Of a stretch of DNA of 22,197 nucleotides, positions 17,255 through 22,197 are shown piece by piece (position 1 is the first letter of the stretch; every line of letters starts with the position of its first letter). The notes beneath the pieces were generated by a model. The model was not told where the DNA came from and searched no databases. It saw only the letters and a list, made by a program, of their open reading frames with translations. This stretch comes from Paraspadella gotoi. Lineage: Eukaryota; Animalia; Chaetognatha. A program made the position numbers and the translations under genes. The DNA lies in the NCBI GenBank assembly GCA_051294375.1, contig JBJCIZ010000039.1, positions 1-22,197 on the forward strand, in the 5' to 3' direction.

Positions 17255-18730
17255 GTGAGTATGACGAGGCCTACGCCGCAAGGCGATGGCAGGAGTGAAA
17301 CCTTGGCAGAAAAAACTGGTTATTTCAACAATCCTAACAACGTAAACGGACGCGGGGTACGATCGTTCCTCAACAATTTACAAGCGGAGTTAGAATGTTT
17401 TAAGATCGCGTATCATCAAGCCAAGGTTGAGCTCTCGGTTCGAACCGCTCACAAAGCTAACGGAACCTGAGAGCGAGTTTGGACGTTATTTCTTGAACTG
17501 TCACGTTTTATTGCACTGCACCCATCTTTCTAAACCGATCGTGTGCGTAGATATTTAAACGAGGAATCACCTGAATCCGTACCGTACGTCGTAGGGAATT
17601 GTCCTATTGTTTTTTATATTGAATTGAGTGCCGCGTCAAAGTCGAATCTGGAAGCTAAAGAAGAGGAAGGGGGGGAAGAGGAATTAGTTACCGTTGAGGA
17701 GCTGACGGGATCGCCATGTTCCCCCACAAAAAAAAACCCACCTTTGCGTCATAGTAGTCCGTTGCCGCGCGTACGAAACTGGTTGGAGTCGACGCCGGAC
17801 TCGTCCGAATCACCGCGTGCGGAGGAGGAGACGCCCATGTCGCCGGCCCACTCTAGAATAAGCGTCGTGTCGTCAAGGAGAAATACCACGGCCACTACGC
17901 TCTCACCACGGTCATCACGTGAGACCGTGCGTCGAAGGTTAGTCGAAGAGCTGGAAAACATGGAAAGAAAAAAATTGGAGTTGGAGGCGAAAGAACAGAG
18001 GATGAAAATGAAAGGGAACAGGTCGAACTTAATTTTCAAAAGAAAGAGACGGAAATGGAGGAAAGAATGATGAGGGAAAAATTAAAGCGTATAAACGAAA
18101 GCAGTACTGACGAGTAAGGCGTAGTAAAATTTCTAAATTTAACTTTATTAAAATTTTAAAAGTGGGGAACGAACAACATTATATTAATAAACATTTATGT
18201 AATAACAAAATTTATAATAAATTTTACAATTTACGCAGTAGGCCATATTTATACTAGTACTAAACCAATAAATGTTAAAATTTCAAAACAGTTTTTTTCT
18301 AAGATTTTTTGCAGATTTGGATTCGTCATAAAAAGTTGATATAAAGAAATATAATTAATTCTTTTTGAAAAATTCCTTTATTAAGTGGTCAAAAATTAAA
18401 AAAAGCTATACTTAAGCTGAAAATTAATTTTTATATATTAATATAGTTTTTTTAATTTTTTAACCTACTTAATTGAAAGAATTTTAAAAATGATTTATAT
18501 TTTCTTTTATCAACTTTTGACGAGGAATTTAAATCTGAATTAAAATTGAGAAAAGCCTATTTTGAAATTTTTCGATTTTATAAAGAATAAAAAAACAAAA
18601 AAATAATTTTTTTTACAAATTAATGTTCATTGAAGGTATGTTGTTCATAATTGACTTTTAGAATTTTCGTATGTAACTTTCACTACGCCTTACTGACGAG
18701 GTAACACAGGCTGCCACACAGGCACTATGA
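17255..18730 (+). pseudogene. Decayed ORF with Ser/Arg-rich segment and Glu-rich coiled coil, interrupted by a MITE; possibly a retroelement gag N-terminus
   Basis: SRISVVSSRR..SPRSSRETVRRRLVEELENMERKKLELEAKEQR continues after a frameshift as EKLKRINESSTDE and, past the MITE, VTQAATQAL*. Confidence 0.35.
18115..18692. mobile_element. 578-bp foldback MITE with 8-bp TSD (hAT- or P-type)
   Basis: Ends TAAGGCGTAGT / ACTACGCCTTA are perfect inverted repeats; TSD CTGACGAG at 18107-18114 and 18693-18700; interior is an imperfect palindrome (e.g. AAAAGTTGATATAAAGAAATATAA vs TTATATTTTCTTTTATCAACTTTT). Confidence 0.92.
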
Positions 18731-18972
18731 CACCCCAAAATAATAGTAAGTGCTATAAAAATTTGTTTCATTTAGCGGGCAGCACAATGAATAAAGTCGT
18801 CATAAAAACTTTGTGTAGATCAGTACTTTTGGTTTAGATATCATTAAATTAGAAATTTATCATTTTTATGAAATCTTTTTTTGTATCTGCTTTGGGAACT
18901 GCTGTACGAGAAGCAATTCTTGCTCGAATGTAACCATCTCTATTATTAAAACCAGAAACATGGGAAGCAACA

Positions 18973-19209
18973 TCAGTTATATCTCTTATTAAAAGGAGGA
19001 AGTATAAGCTTTTCTTTTTCAATATTTTTAAGCTCTTTTATAGACATGGAACAAGTTAGAATTGATTCTGTTATAACCACAGGAGTTTCGGCTTGTAGAT
19101 AGCGATCAATCAATCCGCAAAGGGTGCCAACGGTGTCATGCAATCCTTCGGGAGTTAAATCATTCATGTTGATGCGCGCGTATTCCTCCTCGAGTTCAGC
19201 GAAAGACAT
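18973..19209 (-). CDS. Small hypothetical ORF, probably frameshifted and continuing to ~18850
   Basis: MSFAELEEEYARIN...; an alternate frame continues DITDVASHVSGFNNRDGYIRARIASR; upstream minus-strand AAG|GTGAGT donors at 19596 and 19692. Confidence 0.4.
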   Translation of the reverse strand: MSFAELEEEYARINMNDLTPEGLHDTVGTLCGLIDRYLQAETPVVITESILTCSMSIKELKNIEKEKLILPPFNKRYN

Positions 19210-20238
19210 CGTTCAATATGAAATAAAGAAAAAATTTCAATTAAAGAGAGCAAGGGAAAATTTGAATCAATCAATCAATCAGTATATAATCAAATTGCAA
19301 AGTCACTTAGACAGAAAATTTAATTCGTAAAATTAAAAAATTCCTTTAGACAAATTTGAATCACAAAAATTTTCGTTAAAAAATGAGTGAATTTGAAATA
19401 TCTTGCCTAATTAAACTTTGAACAGAGAGGGACGGCACCAAAGCAAACAAAATGACAATTAACCAATCATAAATTCGTTGAATAATCAATCACTAAATCA
19501 GCTAATCGAATCAATAAATCAATGCATTAATCAATAAAATCAATCGGTCAATTAGCTAATCAATCAATCAATCAATCAATCATCGATCAGACTCACCTTT
19601 TGGATTGATGTTTTCCGGTTCAAAGGGTTCCGTTGTCAAGCTTGGAAAACAAATTTAGTTCAATACAAAAAACAATCACAAAACCAACTCACCTTTCCGA
19701 AGCGATGTATACTTTCTTACTGTAGAGAAGCTTGGCTCTCTACGCCTCTTGAGGTGAGAATGGTCCACTTGGTCGCAACGTAATCTGACGAAAAGTATCC
19801 CAAACGTTTGTGTAACTGAAGCTCGAAAATGTCGGAAGGAAAAAATGCGGGAATCAAAGTAAATAAATGTAATAAATCAAGGCAAAATCCGTAGAAAATC
19901 GAGGTAAATCAATGATGAATCAAAATGTCGTATAGAGAAATCCAATAATCGTAGAAGAATCTTCAGTAAAAACGTAGTAGGAACTTTGTAAGAAAGTAGT
20001 TGACGGTCTCTCTAAAATGTGATCCAGTGAATCTAAATCTGTCCTGTTTGGTCTCGTCCAAGTAAAGTTTGGAGAGAGAAAGAGAGAGAGGGAAAGAAAG
20101 AGTGGAGAAAGAGTCGGGTCAGTCTCTGGCCGGTCGATCGGTCAATCGGTCGAATGGGTCAGATCTGGCCGTCTCCGTCGGTCTCGGCCTTTTCTCTTCA
20201 GTATCAGAGAGTACTCTCTCGCGGAAGGGGCAAAAAAG

Positions 20239-21062
20239 ATGAACATTCTTACCATGTGCGGCAACAAGTCCTTTGGTGGTTGCGCCGTTTGCGGTTGTGG
20301 CGATGGGGAAAGAAATCCCATAGTTTCCGCCGTGACGTTGGATCCTCAAGAGTTCAAGGAGCTTCGATTTCAGTCCAACGCCGTCCTTCATCATGCCCTG
20401 GAAATGTCGACCAAGGTGTGGGAAGTCGCTCCTGACAATAAAAGTGAAACGGTCAAAAACGTCAATGCGATGGTCACCTCGTGGCTAAAATGTGGACAAA
20501 AGGGATCCAGGCTGTATATGGCCTTGGTTAACAACTGTGGTCAGGGCGAAAACCAAGTTCCTCTAATGACCTGTTATCCCATGGGTCGAGATGAATTCCT
20601 ACGACCACGCCTTCCCGGTCACTTTTGCTGTTCGTCCTTGAAGGCGACGGAGACGGCTCGAGAAATCGTTTCGGGCTTGCCCGAGCCCGCCGCCGCTTCA
20701 CCCGAGAAGAAGAAGAAAGAATCTTCGCCTAAGAAAAAAAGGGGGGCGCAGTTGGTGGGAGTTAAAAAAAAAAAATAACAACGACGACAAAAAAAAAAAA
20801 AAGATCCTACGACGGGGGGCAACCGATTCAAAGTTACTCTATGAGGCTCGCCAATCCTCCCAACGATACCCTAGTCAATTTAGAAACCCCCGGAGGGTGG
20901 AACGAAACATTCGTGGGTGATTTAGCTTACCAGCAGCAGCAGCAGCAGCAGGGAATCGTCGACGATTGCGATGAACAACGGCAGCTGGTTGAAATGGAGC
21001 GTTCGGTGGATCAGCTTCTTCGCGAGTTGGAGGAGAAAAATGTGGGCCAAGCTGAAAATTGA
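20239..21062 (+). CDS. Hypothetical Cys-containing protein with basic NLS-like motif; likely one gene broken at A-homopolymers (20239-20778 plus 20841-21062)
   Basis: GC-richer coding-like island; CAVCGC, HFCC, SPKKKR; break falls in A-runs at 20764-20802; poly-Q from a CAG repeat; acceptor TTTCTCTTCAG ending 20201. Confidence 0.45.
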
Positions 21063-21460
21063 ACTTGGGTGAAGGGGGGAGAAAAAAAAGATTAATAAAT
21101 GTATATACAAATTATTAGTTTGCGTTTTTTTCATTTGCTAATATATGTTTAAAAAAAAAAAAAAGTGTCTTTCTTTCTTTCTTTCGTTACAAAGCGACTA
21201 CAAAAAAAAAGGGGGAAAAATGGATGGTATATCCCACGTTAGTTACCTATATTAAAAATGGAGATGAGAATCCCCTACGTGAGGAAAAAAAAAAGTAGGA
21301 AATTTTAGTAAATGTTACGTGAATTTTAGTAGACAATTTTAGTTAAATATTAACAAAGTATTTTAGGAAAAAGAGAAAAAAATCACGGAATAACTATTAA
21401 CAAAGCCACTGGTCACGTGACAAAGACAAAAGAAAAAAGAAAAAAGAAAAAAGAAAAAAA

Positions 21461-22078
21461 GAAACCGAAACAGCGATACGGCTCATTCGTTATTGCGGTT
21501 GACAGAAACAGAGAGGAAAATCTTTCATAATTTGAAAGAAGAAAAAAAATATTAGGAAATAATAATAATAATAAATGTTTGCCGCAAGAAAAAGTGGATC
21601 GAAAACTATTACAAATGCTGTTTCAATATGTATTCTACTTCGACCCGCAACAAAAACAAAAGGGACCATTTCTGAGAAAATATATCACAAAGGATATACG
21701 ATTGGGAAATTTTGCGTCACACAGGAGAGAGAGAGGGAAATGAAGAAGAAGAAAAAAATAAAAAAAGAAACCGAAACGGCGATACGGCTCATTCGTTATT
21801 GCGGTTGACAGAAACAGAGAGGAAAATCTTTCATAATTTGAAAGAAGAAAAAAAATATTAGGAAATAATAATAATAATAAATGTTTGCCACAAGAAAAAG
21901 TGGATCGAAAACTATTACAAAATGCTTTTTCAATATGTATTCTACTTCGAACCGCAACAAAAACAAAAGGGACCATTTCTGAGAAAATATATCACAAAGA
22001 ATATACGATTGGGAAATTTTGCGTCACATAGAAGAAGAAAAAGAGAGAGAGAGAGGGAAATGAAGAAGAAGAAGAAAA
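21461..22078 (+). repeat. ~306-bp tandem duplication (2 copies)
   Basis: GAAACCGAAAC(A/G)GCGATACGGCTCATTCGTTATTGCGGTTGACAG begins at 21461 and 21767; near-identical through AGAGAGGGAAATGAAGAAGAAG. Confidence 0.93.
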
Positions 22079-22197
22079 GGTCACGATCGTTACAAAAGGA
22101 TAATTCTGAGAAAGAATTAAAAATTGGATATATATTAAATACGAAGAGAAAACAAAAAAAAAGAGTCACAATCAGTACAAAAGGATGATTCTGAGAA

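Noticed and set aside
18107-18114. CTGACGAG as a hammerhead core (also 18693)
   Set aside because: No stem II plus GAAA; explained as the MITE target-site duplication
19431-19440. tRNA-His PBS-like TGGTGCCGT on minus strand; also PBS-like bits at 424 and 1338
   Set aside because: Short or imperfect matches with no adjacent LTR end
21575-22188. Duplicated short ORFs on both strands
   Set aside because: By-products of the 306-bp low-complexity tandem duplication

Overview
AT-rich eukaryotic, repeat-rich window. About 2.0-13.9 kb is an unusually complex Ty3/Gypsy (Metaviridae)-type retroelement, all on the + strand. It has a frameshift-broken gag with a CCHC knuckle, a well-formed -1 ribosomal frameshift signal (UUUAAAC plus a GC hairpin) and an intact PR-RT-RNaseH pol ending in an acidic tail. 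The integrase is NOT fused to pol: it is a separate ORF 4.5 kb downstream. Four intact accessory ORFs lie between RNase H and integrase (F-box, C2H2 zinc finger, putative membrane protein, coiled-coil/Cys-rich protein). Two more follow the integrase (OTU-like protease, unknown). Every one of these downstream ORFs is preceded by a polypyrimidine tract plus YAG 3' splice site, suggesting a multi-gene retroelement expressed by alternative cis-splicing or SL trans-splicing and carrying ubiquitin-system cargo. No LTR pair or PBS could be identified by eye. After an assembly gap (15422-15446) lie a Penelope-type minimal hammerhead ribozyme on the - strand, a foldback MITE with an 8-bp TSD inserted into a decayed ORF, small divergent ORFs and a 306-bp tandem duplication. 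All protein calls are from motif recognition only, with no database search.
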